Assembly (NCBI GenBank): GCA_965214705.1
Contig: CBDCCI010000002.1
Span: 832,001-896,000 of the forward strand
Direction of reading: 5' to 3'
DNA: 64,000 bases
Origin: Alphaproteobacteria bacterium
GTDB taxonomy: Bacteria; Pseudomonadota; Alphaproteobacteria; UBA828
Under the pieces are notes generated by a model that was given only the letters and a program-made list of their open reading frames with translations, was not told the DNA's origin and made no database searches. The translations under genes were made by a program, and so were the position numbers. Shown piece by piece: positions 46,860-62,052 of the stretch. How positions within the stretch are numbered: position 1 is the stretch's first letter; each line of letters opens with the position of its first letter.

Positions 46860-47321
46860 ATGGCGGGTAGCGTCAACAAGGTCATTCTGGTCGGCAACCT
46901 GGGACGCGACCCGGAAACCCGTCAGACTCAGGACGGCAGGCCCATCGTCAACATGTCGGTCGCCACCAGCGAGAACTGGCGGGACCGTCAGACCGGGGAG
47001 CGCCGCGAGCGCACCGAGTGGCACCGCGTCGTGATCTTCAACGAGCGCTTGGCCGAGGTCGCGCAGAACTACCTGCGCAAGGGCTCCAAGGTCTATCTCG
47101 AAGGCCAGCTGCAGACCCGCAAGTGGACCGACCAGTCGGGGCAGGAGCGCTACACCACCGAGGTGGTGCTCGGGCGCTTTCGGGGCGAGCTCACGATGCT
47201 GGACAGCCGCGCCGATAGCGGCGGCGGGCGTGACTACGGCGGCGAGCCGGCCGGCGCCCCGGCCACGGCCCGCGACAGCGGCCCATCATCCACCGACCTG
47301 GACGACGATATTCCGTTCTAA
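46860..47321 (+). CDS. ssb: single-stranded DNA-binding protein
   Basis: [22 protein letters not shown]-terminal DDDIPF; GAGGAGG RBS. Confidence 0.98.
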   Translation: MAGSVNKVILVGNLGRDPETRQTQDGRPIVNMSVATSENWRDRQTGERRERTEWHRVVIFNERLAEVAQNYLRKGSKVYLEGQLQTRKWTDQSGQERYTTEVVLGRFRGELTMLDSRADSGGGRDYGGEPAGAPATARDSGPSSTDLDDDIPF

Positions 47322-47459
47322 TTGTGAGGAGAATTGCACCCAACAACGCGGTTCGCGGCGTTGTGAATCAGGGGTGTTTCCTGTAGTCTCTTCGGTATGA
47401 GGAGCGAGTCGCAGCGCGCGGCCTAATTCCTTGTCCCTCAATAATCTTTTCGGTCATCG

Positions 47460-50163
<2,704 letters not shown>

Positions 50164-50171
<8 letters not shown>

Positions 50172-50670
50172 GCGGGTCGGCCTCTATCCCGGAACCTTCG
50201 ACCCGATCACCACGGGCCATCAGGACATCATCAGGCGCGCGCTCCGGGTGGTCGACAGGCTGGTGGTGGCAGTCGCCGTCAACGCGGGCAAGAACCCGCT
50301 GTTCGACGTGGACGAGCGGGTGGCGCTTACCGCGCAGGATCTCGCAGCGCTCGGGCTCGAGCCGCCGCAGCTGGAAGTGCGCAGTTTCGACAGCCTGCTC
50401 ATGCATTTCGTCCACGAGGTGAACGCCACGGTGATCGTGCGCGGGCTCCGGGCCGTTTCCGACTTTGAGTACGAGTTCCAGATGGCGGGCATGAACGCCA
50501 GGCTCGACCAGGGTGTCGAGACCGTGTTCCTGATGGCCTCGGAGCGGCACCACTTCATCTCCTCGAAGCTGGTCAAGGAGATCGCCTCCCTCGGCGGCGA
50601 CGTGTCGAGCTTCGTCTCGCCGCTCATTGCCCAGCGCCTCGCCGAGCGGTTCGGGACGCCGCCTCCCTGA
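50164..50670 (+). CDS. coaD: phosphopantetheine adenylyltransferase
   Basis: [30 protein letters not shown]. Confidence 0.96.
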
Positions 50671-50694
50671 GGCCGGCGGCGCCGGCGACCATCG

Positions 50695-52805
<2,111 letters not shown>

Positions 52806-52847
52806 GTAGGAGACGGGGACGCTGGGGAAGACGACTGACCGGAGAGG

Positions 52848-53603
52848 TCAGTCGCCGAAGCCCTTCACCCGCTCGGCGGTCTCGGGGTCGAGGAAGCGCC
52901 GCACGGTCGCCTCGGTCTCCAGCGCCAACGCGCCCTCGATATCGAAGCCGCCCGCCCGGTTGAGCACCCGCTTGAGCTCGCACACCGCTCCTTGAGGCAG
53001 GGCGGCGATGCGCGCGGCCGTCTCGTGCGCCGTCTCGAACACCTGATCGTCTGGCACCACGCGCCAGGCGAGGCCCATCTCGTGCGCTTCCGCGGCGCTG
53101 AAGGTTTCGCCGAGCAACAGCAGTTCGCGGGTCTTCGCCAGCCCCACGATGCGCGGCAGGATCGCCGTCACGCCGCCGGTCGGGAACATGCCCCACTTGA
53201 TCTCGGGGAAGAAGCACTTGGTGCCTTCGCCAAAGACGGCGAGATCGCAGTTGATCGCCCATTCCAGCCCGCCGCCCACGGCCCAGCCATGAATGGCGCC
53301 GACCACCACCTTGTCGCCCAGAACCAAGCGGCGCGAAACCTCCTGGATCGCCTCGATGAAGGCCCGGGTCTCCGCCTCGCCGGCGGTCTGGTTCTCGATG
53401 TCCTTGAGGTCGTCGCCGGAGCAGAAGGCACGCCCTGCGCCGCGCAGGACCAGCGCGCCCACCCCATCGTCGGCAAGCACGTCGTCTAGTGCTGCACAGA
53501 GATCGGCGAGCAGTGTGGCGTTGAGCGCGTTGAGCCGCTCCGGCCGGTTGAGCGTGAGCGTGGCGACGCCCGCCGTCACGCCGGTGAGGACGGTACCCGC
53601 CAT
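52848..53603 (-). CDS. enoyl-CoA hydratase/isomerase family protein
   Basis: TLNRPERLNAL, AFCSGDDL, AVGGGLE, FFPE; ATG at 53603. Confidence 0.88.
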   Translation of the reverse strand: MAGTVLTGVTAGVATLTLNRPERLNALNATLLADLCAALDDVLADDGVGALVLRGAGRAFCSGDDLKDIENQTAGEAETRAFIEAIQEVSRRLVLGDKVVVGAIHGWAVGGGLEWAINCDLAVFGEGTKCFFPEIKWGMFPTGGVTAILPRIVGLAKTRELLLLGETFSAAEAHEMGLAWRVVPDDQVFETAHETAARIAALPQGAVCELKRVLNRAGGFDIEGALALETEATVRRFLDPETAERVKGFGD

Positions 53604-54904
53604 CTTCGATCCTCCCTGATCAGTCGCTGCGTCTTGCCGCCGGTGCGTGGCAGCGAGCCGGGCGGCAGCAGGTTCACGATGGCCGAAGCCCGAAGTGCGG
53701 CCTTGATTGCCTCTTCCACGCGCGCAGCCAGCGCTTCCGTGCCCTCTGCGTCCGGCGCCAGCTCGGCCTCCACCGGCAGGCGGTCGTACGGGCCGTCGCC
53801 CTTGAGCCGGATTCGGAACTCGCCCGAGAGCACGTCGAAGCCGGCGATCACGCCGCCGACGGCGGTCGGGAAGATGTTGACGCCGCGCACCACCACCATG
53901 TCGTCGCTGCGGCCAAGCACCCTGAAGCGGGTCGCCGCGCGCCCGCAGGTGCACATGCCTGTGCCCGTGATGGCGATCACGTCGTTGGTGCGGAAGCGCA
54001 CCAGCGGTTGCGCCTCGCGCTTCAGGTGCGTCAACACCAGCTCGCCGCTTGCGCCCTCCCGCCACGCCACCGGATCGCCGCTCTCCGGCTCGATCAGCTC
54101 CGGGTAGAGCACGTCCTCGCCCAGGAAGTGCAGGTCGTTGCTGGCCCAGCACTGGCTCGCGAAATTGCTGAACACGTCTGAGACGCCGTAGTTGGCGTTG
54201 CGCGCGGTAAAGCCCCAGACGCTCTCAAGACGCCCACGAAAGCTCGGGTCGTCCAGCCCCGCCTCGCCGCCGAAGAGGCCAAGCGTGAGTCCCAGGTCGC
54301 GCGGCGCGAGGCCCGGGAAGTGTTCCGCGATCGTCTGCTCCAGGGCGGCGGGGTAGGAGGGTGTGCAATGGATCACCCGGACCTTCAGGTCGAGGATCGT
54401 GCGTATCAGGAGCTGGCTCTCGCCTGCGCCGAAGGGAATCACGGTCGCGCCTGCGGCTTCGAGGGAGAGGTGGTCGCTCACCCCTCCCATCCACATCCGG
54501 TAGTTGAGGCAGTGCACCGTGAGCGTACCGGTGGTGAGCCCGGCGGCCTGAAAGCAGCGCGCGCCGACCTCGGCCGTCTGTGCTGCGTCGGCCTCCGTCT
54601 GGGCGATGTTCATGGCCTGGCCGGTGGTGCCGGAGGTTCGATGCAGGCGGATGACGAACTCACGCACGGCCGCGAGGTAGTCGCCGAAGGGTGGGTGCGT
54701 GGCCTGGGATTCCCGCAGCATCGCCTTGTCGCAGAGGGGGAGCGCGGGCAGGTCCTCCAGCCGCTCCGGCACGTGCCGGCCGGCCCACAGCCGGGCGAAG
54801 AAGGGCGATTGTGAGATGACATAGGCCCGCTGGGCACGCCAACGCTCTTGCTGGAGCGCGGCAATCTCCTCAGGCGGCCGAAGCGCCTCGCTTACAGGGC
54901 TCAT
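53576..54904 (-). CDS. phenylacetate-CoA ligase (PaaK)-family adenylate-forming enzyme
   Basis: HRTSGTTG, GGE, NYG.S, RFRTND, GRSDDM..VRGVN.FP, GK. Confidence 0.85.
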   Translation of the reverse strand: MSPVSEALRPPEEIAALQQERWRAQRAYVISQSPFFARLWAGRHVPERLEDLPALPLCDKAMLRESQATHPPFGDYLAAVREFVIRLHRTSGTTGQAMNIAQTEADAAQTAEVGARCFQAAGLTTGTLTVHCLNYRMWMGGVSDHLSLEAAGATVIPFGAGESQLLIRTILDLKVRVIHCTPSYPAALEQTIAEHFPGLAPRDLGLTLGLFGGEAGLDDPSFRGRLESVWGFTARNANYGVSDVFSNFASQCWASNDLHFLGEDVLYPELIEPESGDPVAWREGASGELVLTHLKREAQPLVRFRTNDVIAITGTGMCTCGRAATRFRVLGRSDDMVVVRGVNIFPTAVGGVIAGFDVLSGEFRIRLKGDGPYDRLPVEAELAPDAEGTEALAARVEEAIKAALRASAIVNLLPPGSLPRTGGKTQRLIREDRRWRVPSSPA

Positions 54905-54944
54905 GCGGTGCGCCCGCACGCTTGCGGCCGTGTCCGAGACCGGC

Positions 54945-57900
54945 TCAGGCGATCTCGGCTTGCGCCTCGTCGACCAGCGGGTGGGACAGGCGGGAAATCA
55001 TCTCCCGCGGGCAGATCTGCCAGAAGTTGCCGATCTCCAGGGTCCAGTCGGCGAGTAGGCGTTCGCTGTAGCGCGAGCGGGTCTCGGCATGGTGCTCCTC
55101 GACCAGAGCACGGCACTCGCGCTCCCAGTAAGCGCTGGCGATCCGTTGCCAGACCACCGTGTCAGCGTTGACGCGCCGTTCGAAGGTGGCGTCGGGGTCG
55201 TAGACGAAGGCCATGCCGCCGGTCATGCCGGCGGCGAAGTTGTCGCCCACGGGCCCCAGGATGACCGCAATGCCGCCGGTCATGTATTCGCACCCGTTCG
55301 ATCCGCAGCCCTCGACCACAGCGCGCGCGCCCGAGTTGCGTACGCAGAAGCGCTCGCCCGCCTGGCCGGCGGCGAACAGCTTTCCGCTGGTGGCACCGTA
55401 GAGGACGACATTGCCGATGATCGTGTTCTCGTTGGAGGCGAGCGGGCTCGAGGTCGGCAGGCGCAAGACGATAGTGCCGCCGGAGAGCCCCTTGCCCACA
55501 TAGTCATTGGCGTCGCCGCTCACCACGATCTTGAGGCCCTGGACGGCCCAAGCGCCCAGCGATTGTCCGGCGGAACCGCGCAGGCTCACCGTGAAGTAGT
55601 CGGGCGGCAGCCCCGACATGCCGAAGCGGCGGGTCAGGTGGGAAGAGAGCTTGGCCCCGATCGTGCGGTGCGTGTTGCTCATCGTGTAGGCGAGCTGCAT
55701 CTTCTCCGGCACTTCCAGCGCGTCGTCGGCGTCGCTGATGATCTGCTCGTCGAGGGTGCCGGGCACCTCGATCCGTCCCTTGCGCGTGGAGTGGCGGGGG
55801 TGGCCGCCGGGGTCCGCCTGGGCGAGCAGCGGGTTGAGGTCGAGATCGTCGAGATCGGCGCTGCCGCGGCTGACCTGGCGTAGCAGGTCGGTGCGGCCGA
55901 CAATCTCGTGAAGCGTCGCCACCCCGAGCGACGCCAGAATCTCGCGCACCTCCTCGCCGATGAAGGTGAACAGGTTGACCACCTTCTCCGGCGTGCCCTC
56001 GAACTTGGCGCGGAGCGCCGGGTCCTGCGTACAAACGCCGACCGGGCAGGTGTTGCTGTGGCACTGGCGCACCAGGATGCAGCCCATCGCGACCAGCGAG
56101 GTCGTGCCGATGCCGAATTCCTCGGCCCCCAGCATAGCGGCGGTGACCACGTCGCGGCCGGTCTTGATGCCGCCGTCGACCCGGAGCGTCACGGTGTGGC
56201 GCAGGCGGTTGAGAGTCAGGACCTGATGCACCTCGGCGAGACCCATCTCCCAGGGCACGCCGGCATATTTCACACTGCTCTGGGGCGAGGCGCCGGTGCC
56301 GCCGTCGTGGCCCGAGACCAGAACCACGTCGGCCTTCGCCTTGGCGACGCCGGCGGCGATGGTGCCGATGCCGGCCTCGGCCACGAGCTTGACCGTGACT
56401 CTGGCGTTCGGGTTGATCTGCTTCAGGTCGTAGATCAACTGGGCCAGGTCCTCGATCGAGTAGATGTCGTGGTGCGGCGGCGGCGAAATCAGCGTCACCC
56501 CCGGCGTCGAATGGCGCAGCTTGGCGATCTCCTCCGACACCTTGAAGCCCGGAAGCTGGCCGCCTTCGCCCGGCTTCGCCCCTTGCGCCATCTTGATTTC
56601 GATCTCGCGGCAGTGGTTCAGATACTCCGCGGTCACGCCGAAGCGCGCCGACGCGATCTGCTTGGTCGCCGACGACGCGTTGTCGCCGTTGTCGCGCGGC
56701 TCGAAGCGCTCGCGTGCCTCACCGCCCTCGCCGCTGCAGGACGCAGCCCCAATGCGGTTCATGGCGATCGCCAGCGTCTCGTGCGCCTCCTTGGAGAGCG
56801 CGCCGTGCGACATGCTTCCGCTGCTGAAGCGCTTGCGGATCTGAGTGATCGATTCCACTTCGTCGAGACCGATCTCCGGCCTGTCGGACTCGAAGCCCAG
56901 GAGGTTACGGATCTGGATCGGCGGCAGCGCGTACACGCCCTCGGCATACTTCTTGTAGGTCGCGTAAGAGTCGGCTGCGAGCGCCGACTGGAGCATATGG
57001 ATGAGCGGTCCGTCGAAGGCGTGGAGCTCGCCCGAGCGGCGGTACTTGAGGAGGCCGCCGACCGGCAGCACCACGGGGCTCTCCTCGTAGGACTTGCGGT
57101 GCTGGCGCAGCACGCGGCGCTTGATGCCGCTGAGCCCGATGCCGGAGAGCCGCGCCGTCATGCCGGGGAAGAAATCGGCGACCAGCGCCCGGCTGAGTCC
57201 GACGGACTCGAAGTTGTAGCCGCTCCGGTATGAGCTCAGCACTGAAATGCCCATCTTGGAGAGGATCTTGAGCAGCCCCGCATCCACCGCGCGGCGGTAG
57301 CGGTCCTCGCAGTCCGCCAGGCTGCGGTTGCCGAAGAGTCCCCGCTCCTGCCTGTCGGCCAGACTTTCGAGCGCGAGATAAGGGTTGATCGAAGTCGCGC
57401 CCACCCCGATCAGGACGGCGAAATAGTGGACGTCGAGGCACTCGGCGGCGCGCACGTTGATCGAGGTGAAGGTCCTGAGCCGCTGACGCACCAGATGGCT
57501 GTGCACCCCGCCGGCCGCGAGGATCATGGGGATCGGTGCGCGCTCTTCCGAGACATGCTCGTCGGTCAGGATCAGGTGGGTTGCGCCGCCGCGCACGGCT
57601 TCCTCCGCCTGCGCGCGGATGCGCTCCATTGCCGCAGTGAGTCGACCGCGGCCAGGGGACGCGTCGAAGCTGCAGTCGATCCACACCGCCTTGTCGCCCA
57701 GAAGCTCGGTCAGGCCTTTGAATTCGCCGTTGGTGAGGACCGGCGAATCCAGTTGCAACAGCGCGGTCTGCTCGGGCTCGCCGGCGAAGATGTTGCCCAT
57801 GTTGCCGAGCCGGGTGAGCAGACTCATGACGCTGTATTCGCGCAGGGAATCGATCGGCGGGTTGGTCACCTGCGCGAACATCTGGCGGAAGTAGTGGTGC

Positions 57901-59459
57901 AGGCCCCGATACTGGCCCGAGAGCACGGCGAGCGGCGTGTCGTCGCCCATTGAGCCCGTCGGCTCCTTGCCGTCGTCCACCATGGGATGGAGCACCAATT
58001 CGAGCTCCTCCATGGAATAGCCCACCATGCGCTGGCGCAGCCGGAGCTCGTCGCGCGAGAACATGCGGGGTGCCGCCGTGCCGGAGACCAGCGCGCTCGC
58101 GTCGACCACGTCTGCGACCCATGCCGCGTATGGCTTGGCCTCGGCCAGCATGTCCTTCATCTCGCGGTCGTGATAGAGGCGGCCTTCGGAGAGATCGACG
58201 CAGATCATCTGACCGGGGCCGAGGCGCCCGTTCTCGGTAATCCGCTCAGGCGCGATGGGGACCATGCCGGCTTCGGAGCCGACCACGAGCATCCCGTCGG
58301 CGGTGACGCTGTAGCGCATGGGGCGAAGCCCGTTGCGATCCATGCCGGCGAGAATCCAGGTGCCGTCCGTCGCGGCGATGGCCGCCGGGCCGTCCCACGG
58401 CTCCATCACGCAGTTGCAGAAGTTGTAGAAGGCGCGGTGGTGGGCCGGCATGTCCTGCTTCTTGGACCAGGCGTCGGGGATCAGCAGGCTGTGGGCCGCC
58501 GGCACCGAGCGCCCGGCCCGCACCACGCCCTCGAGCACGGCGTCGAGCGCCATGGAATCCGACGAGTCCGGCTCGATCAGCGGAAAGAGCTCGCTGTTAT
58601 GGGCGCCGAAGACGTCGCTCGCAGCGCGCGTCTCGTGATTCGCCATCCAGTTCTTGTTGCCACGAATCGTGTTGATCTCGCCGTTGTGGGCGAGCATGCG
58701 GAAGGGCTGCGCCAGCCGCCACGTGGGGAAGGTGTTGGTCGAATAGCGCTGGTGGAAGATCGCGAAGCGTGACACGAAGCGCTCGTCGAGCAGGTCCGGA
58801 TAGAACGCCGTGAGCTGCTCGGCCAGGAACATGCCTTTGTAGATGAGCGAGCGGCACGAGAGAGAGCAGATGTAGAAGCCTGTGATGTGACGGTCGAGAA
58901 CTTGCTTCTCGATGCGCCGGCGGATGATGTAGAGGTCGATCTCGAACTGGTCGTCGTCAACGCCGCGCCGGTTGACGATCATTACCTGCTCGATCTCGGG
59001 CCGGGCAGCGTTCGCCTTCTCCCCGATCACCGACGAATCGATCGGCACCTGGCGCCAGCCCACGATGCCGTGGCCGAAGCGGAGGATCTCGGTCTCGACG
59101 ATGCTGCGGCAAAGGTCCTGCGCGCCGAGATCGGTCTTGGGCAGGAACACCATGCCGACGGCCAACCGCCCGCCTTTGGGGCTCTGACCCGTCGCCTCTA
59201 TATGCTCCCGGAAGAAATCCTGCGGAATCTCGACGTGGATGCCGGCGCCGTCGCCGGTCATGCCGTCGGCGTCGACCGCGCCCCGATGCCACACGGCCTT
59301 GAGTGCCGCGATGCCCGCCTCGACCACGTCGCGCCGCGGCGTGCCGTCAAGCGCGGCGATCAGCCCGACCCCGCAGGAATCGTGCTCGAAAGAGGGGTCG
59401 TAGAGGCCGAAGCCCTGACCGGGCTCAGCGGCATGGGGATGGTGCTCACGCTCCTTCAT
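54945..59459 (-). CDS. gltB: glutamate synthase large subunit
   Basis: EHDSCGVG, HQRYSTNT, EPWDGPA, EIKMAQGAKPGEGGQL, C..RQCH.NTCP.G. Confidence 0.98.
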   Translation of the reverse strand: MKEREHHPHAAEPGQGFGLYDPSFEHDSCGVGLIAALDGTPRRDVVEAGIAALKAVWHRGAVDADGMTGDGAGIHVEIPQDFFREHIEATGQSPKGGRLAVGMVFLPKTDLGAQDLCRSIVETEILRFGHGIVGWRQVPIDSSVIGEKANAARPEIEQVMIVNRRGVDDDQFEIDLYIIRRRIEKQVLDRHITGFYICSLSCRSLIYKGMFLAEQLTAFYPDLLDERFVSRFAIFHQRYSTNTFPTWRLAQPFRMLAHNGEINTIRGNKNWMANHETRAASDVFGAHNSELFPLIEPDSSDSMALDAVLEGVVRAGRSVPAAHSLLIPDAWSKKQDMPAHHRAFYNFCNCVMEPWDGPAAIAATDGTWILAGMDRNGLRPMRYSVTADGMLVVGSEAGMVPIAPERITENGRLGPGQMICVDLSEGRLYHDREMKDMLAEAKPYAAWVADVVDASALVSGTAAPRMFSRDELRLRQRMVGYSMEELELVLHPMVDDGKEPTGSMGDDTPLAVLSGQYRGLHHYFRQMFAQVTNPPIDSLREYSVMSLLTRLGNMGNIFAGEPEQTALLQLDSPVLTNGEFKGLTELLGDKAVWIDCSFDASPGRGRLTAAMERIRAQAEEAVRGGATHLILTDEHVSEERAPIPMILAAGGVHSHLVRQRLRTFTSINVRAAECLDVHYFAVLIGVGATSINPYLALESLADRQERGLFGNRSLADCEDRYRRAVDAGLLKILSKMGISVLSSYRSGYNFESVGLSRALVADFFPGMTARLSGIGLSGIKRRVLRQHRKSYEESPVVLPVGGLLKYRRSGELHAFDGPLIHMLQSALAADSYATYKKYAEGVYALPPIQIRNLLGFESDRPEIGLDEVESITQIRKRFSSGSMSHGALSKEAHETLAIAMNRIGAASCSGEGGEARERFEPRDNGDNASSATKQIASARFGVTAEYLNHCREIEIKMAQGAKPGEGGQLPGFKVSEEIAKLRHSTPGVTLISPPPHHDIYSIEDLAQLIYDLKQINPNARVTVKLVAEAGIGTIAAGVAKAKADVVLVSGHDGGTGASPQSSVKYAGVPWEMGLAEVHQVLTLNRLRHTVTLRVDGGIKTGRDVVTAAMLGAEEFGIGTTSLVAMGCILVRQCHSNTCPVGVCTQDPALRAKFEGTPEKVVNLFTFIGEEVREILASLGVATLHEIVGRTDLLRQVSRGSADLDDLDLNPLLAQADPGGHPRHSTRKGRIEVPGTLDEQIISDADDALEVPEKMQLAYTMSNTHRTIGAKLSSHLTRRFGMSGLPPDYFTVSLRGSAGQSLGAWAVQGLKIVVSGDANDYVGKGLSGGTIVLRLPTSSPLASNENTIIGNVVLYGATSGKLFAAGQAGERFCVRNSGARAVVEGCGSNGCEYMTGGIAVILGPVGDNFAAGMTGGMAFVYDPDATFERRVNADTVVWQRIASAYWERECRALVEEHHAETRSRYSERLLADWTLEIGNFWQICPREMISRLSHPLVDEAQAEIA

Positions 59460-60904
59460 GCGGCTGCCTCCCTCATGCCATCGCGTTCGTCCGCGTTCGC
59501 CTGGATGTAGCGGTGAATGGAGCGCGCGGCGTCGCGCCCGTCCTTGATCGCCCACACCACCAGCGAGGCGCCGCGCACGATGTCGCCGATGGCGAAGACG
59601 CCGTCGAGGCTCGTCATCATGGTGCGCCAGTCGATCAGCAGCGTACCCCAGCGCGTCGTCTTCAGTGTGGGCTCGCCGAAGAAGGTCGGCAGGTCCTCGG
59701 GGTCGAAGCCCAAAGCCTTGATGAGCAGGTCGGCATCGATGGAGTAGCTCGAGCCGGGGATGGGCTGGGGCGTCTGCCGCCCGCTCGCATCGGCGACGCC
59801 GAGGTGAATGCGCACCGCGCGCACGCCCTGGACCGTCGTATCGCCGAGCACGGCCTCGGGCGCAGAGAGCCAGACGAACTCGACGCCTTCCTCTTCGGCG
59901 TGACGTACCTCCTGCATCGAGCCCGGCATGTTCACGCGGTCCCGCCGGTAGAGGCAGCGCACCGAGCGCGCGCCCTGGCGCACCGCCGTGCGCACGCAGT
60001 CCATCGCCGTGTCGCCGCCGCCGACGACCACGACATTCTTACCGCTGGCGTCCAGCGTGCCGTCGTCGAAGGCCGGCACCGCATCGCCCAAGCCCTTGCG
60101 GTTGCTGGCGGTGAGGTAATCCATCGCCTGGAAGATGTTGCCAAGGCCGATCCCCGGCAGGGACACATCACGCGCCTTGTAGGCGCCGGTCGCGATCACC
60201 ACCGCATCGTGCTGCGCGCGCAGCTCCGCGAGCGAACAATCGCGCCCGACCTCGACGTTGAGGTGCATGTGCACGCCGCCCTCGATGAGCAGGTCGGCCC
60301 GGCGCTGAACGATGGACTTCTCCAGCTTGAAGTTCGGAATTCCGTAAATCAGTAGCCCGCCGACCCGGTCGTAACGGTCGTAGATATGGGCCTGATAGCC
60401 CATACGGCGCAGCTCCTCGGCGACCGTCAGGCCACCGGGGCCGGCACCGACGATGCCCACCGACTGCGGGCGCTCCGCCCTGGGTTTCGGCGGTTTGACC
60501 CAGCCGTTGCGGAAGGCGGTGTCGGTGATGTAGCGCTCCACGGCGCCGATGGTGACCGACTCGAAGCCCTTTTCGATCACGCAGTTGCCTTCGCAGAGGC
60601 GGTCCTGCGGGCAGATGCGGCCGCAGATCTCGGGCATGTTGTTGGTCGCCGACGAAATCTCGTAAGCCTCTTCCAATCGCCCTTCGGCCGTCAGCATCAG
60701 CCAGTCGGGGATGTTGTTCGAGACCGGGCAGTGAATCTGACAAAAGGGCACCCCGCACTGGGAGCAGCGCGCGGCTTGGTCGGCCGCCGCCTCGGGCCGG
60801 AAGTCCTCATAGACCTCGCCCCAGTCGCGGCGGCGGAGCGCCGGCGCCCGCTTGTCCGGGTGCTCTTGCTCCAGCGTCACGAATTTGAGCATTTCTGCGC
60901 CCAC
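59456..60904 (-). CDS. gltD: glutamate synthase small subunit
   Basis: RCSQCGVPFCQIHCP, GRICPQDRLCEGNC, GAGPGG, GGGDTAMDC, GASLVVWAI.DGR. Confidence 0.97.
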   Translation of the reverse strand: MGAEMLKFVTLEQEHPDKRAPALRRRDWGEVYEDFRPEAAADQAARCSQCGVPFCQIHCPVSNNIPDWLMLTAEGRLEEAYEISSATNNMPEICGRICPQDRLCEGNCVIEKGFESVTIGAVERYITDTAFRNGWVKPPKPRAERPQSVGIVGAGPGGLTVAEELRRMGYQAHIYDRYDRVGGLLIYGIPNFKLEKSIVQRRADLLIEGGVHMHLNVEVGRDCSLAELRAQHDAVVIATGAYKARDVSLPGIGLGNIFQAMDYLTASNRKGLGDAVPAFDDGTLDASGKNVVVVGGGDTAMDCVRTAVRQGARSVRCLYRRDRVNMPGSMQEVRHAEEEGVEFVWLSAPEAVLGDTTVQGVRAVRIHLGVADASGRQTPQPIPGSSYSIDADLLIKALGFDPEDLPTFFGEPTLKTTRWGTLLIDWRTMMTSLDGVFAIGDIVRGASLVVWAIKDGRDAARSIHRYIQANADERDGMREAAA

Positions 60905-61020
60905 GCGCTCTCTCCACAAGGTTTCGGCGTGGCGGCCGCTGCCGGCACCGGTCTTGCGCTGTTGCCCCTGCGTACTATAGCGGCAAGCCAGTACACGTGC
61001 CAGACAATTCAGCACTTATA

Positions 61021-61037
61021 AGACAGTATAGCTGTCT
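61021..61037. promoter_or_regulatory. palindromic candidate operator upstream of gltDB
   Basis: AGACAG-TATAG-CTGTCT in an AT-rich patch. Confidence 0.55.
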
Positions 61038-61216
61038 AAAACGCGCGGGTGACATCGAGTCGAATTTCAAGTCGACCGGTCCGACCAAAGTTTCGGAGAA
61101 TTTTAGTGCCGATACGCGACGATATGTCGCGAGCGGCGCATCGTGCCTGATCGGGCCAGCGATGGTATAAGCGCGCCGCGGCCCGAGTCGGTCGACACTG
61201 AGGCAGCAGCACGCCC

Positions 61217-62026
61217 GTGCCGTTCCTTCATATCGTCGTCATCACGATCATTCAGGGCATCACCGAGTTTTTGCCCGTGAGCTCGTCCGGGCATCTGGTG
61301 CTCGTGCCATTCGTCACCGGATGGCAGGACCAGGGGCTGGTCATGGACGTGGCGGTCCATGTCGGCACGCTGGCGGCGGTGCTGGTCTACTTCTGGCGTG
61401 ATCTCGGGCAGATCACCCTCGGCTGGATCGGCGGGCTTTGGCGGCGGCGGGACCGGCGCCTCGGCCGCGCGCTCGGCTTCTACGTGGTGGTTTCGGCGGT
61501 CCCCGTAATCCTCGTGGGCGGCGCGATCTACGTGCTGGGGCACGAGATGCTGCGCAACCCGGAAGTTGTCGCCTGGGCCACGATCAGCTTCGGCATCCTG
61601 CTCTATCTCGCCGATCGCATCGGGATCACCGTGCGAGAGGTCGAGCACATGACGCTCGGCCACGCGGTCTTCATCGGGCTTGCTCAGGTGCTCGCGCTCA
61701 TTCCCGGCGCGAGCCGCTCGGGCGTCACCATGACGGCGGCGCGCTGGCTCGGCTACGAGCGGCCAGAGGCGGCCCGCTTCGCGATGCTCATGTCGATCCC
61801 CGTGATCGCGGCGAGCGGCGCGGTAGCCGGATACGAGGTCTGGCAGCAGGGCGACCCGATCGTTATCGGGAGCGCGGCGCTGGCCGCGGCGCTCTCCTTC
61901 GTGGTGGCGCTGCTCGCGATCGCGCTGCTGCTCGCCCTGCTGCGGCGCGTGAGCTTCACGCCGTTCGTGATCTATCGCCTGCTGCTGGGCGGTGCGGTGC
62001 TCGTCTGGCTTTACTACGTGGCCTAA
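61217..62026 (+). CDS. uppP: undecaprenyl-diphosphate phosphatase
   Basis: QGITEFLPVSSSGH, H.GTL.A, ALIPGASRSG.T, F..YR. Confidence 0.95.
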   Translation: MPFLHIVVITIIQGITEFLPVSSSGHLVLVPFVTGWQDQGLVMDVAVHVGTLAAVLVYFWRDLGQITLGWIGGLWRRRDRRLGRALGFYVVVSAVPVILVGGAIYVLGHEMLRNPEVVAWATISFGILLYLADRIGITVREVEHMTLGHAVFIGLAQVLALIPGASRSGVTMTAARWLGYERPEAARFAMLMSIPVIAASGAVAGYEVWQQGDPIVIGSAALAAALSFVVALLAIALLLALLRRVSFTPFVIYRLLLGGAVLVWLYYVA

Positions 62027-62052
62027 CGCGCCGGGCGGAGGAGAGAGACGGC

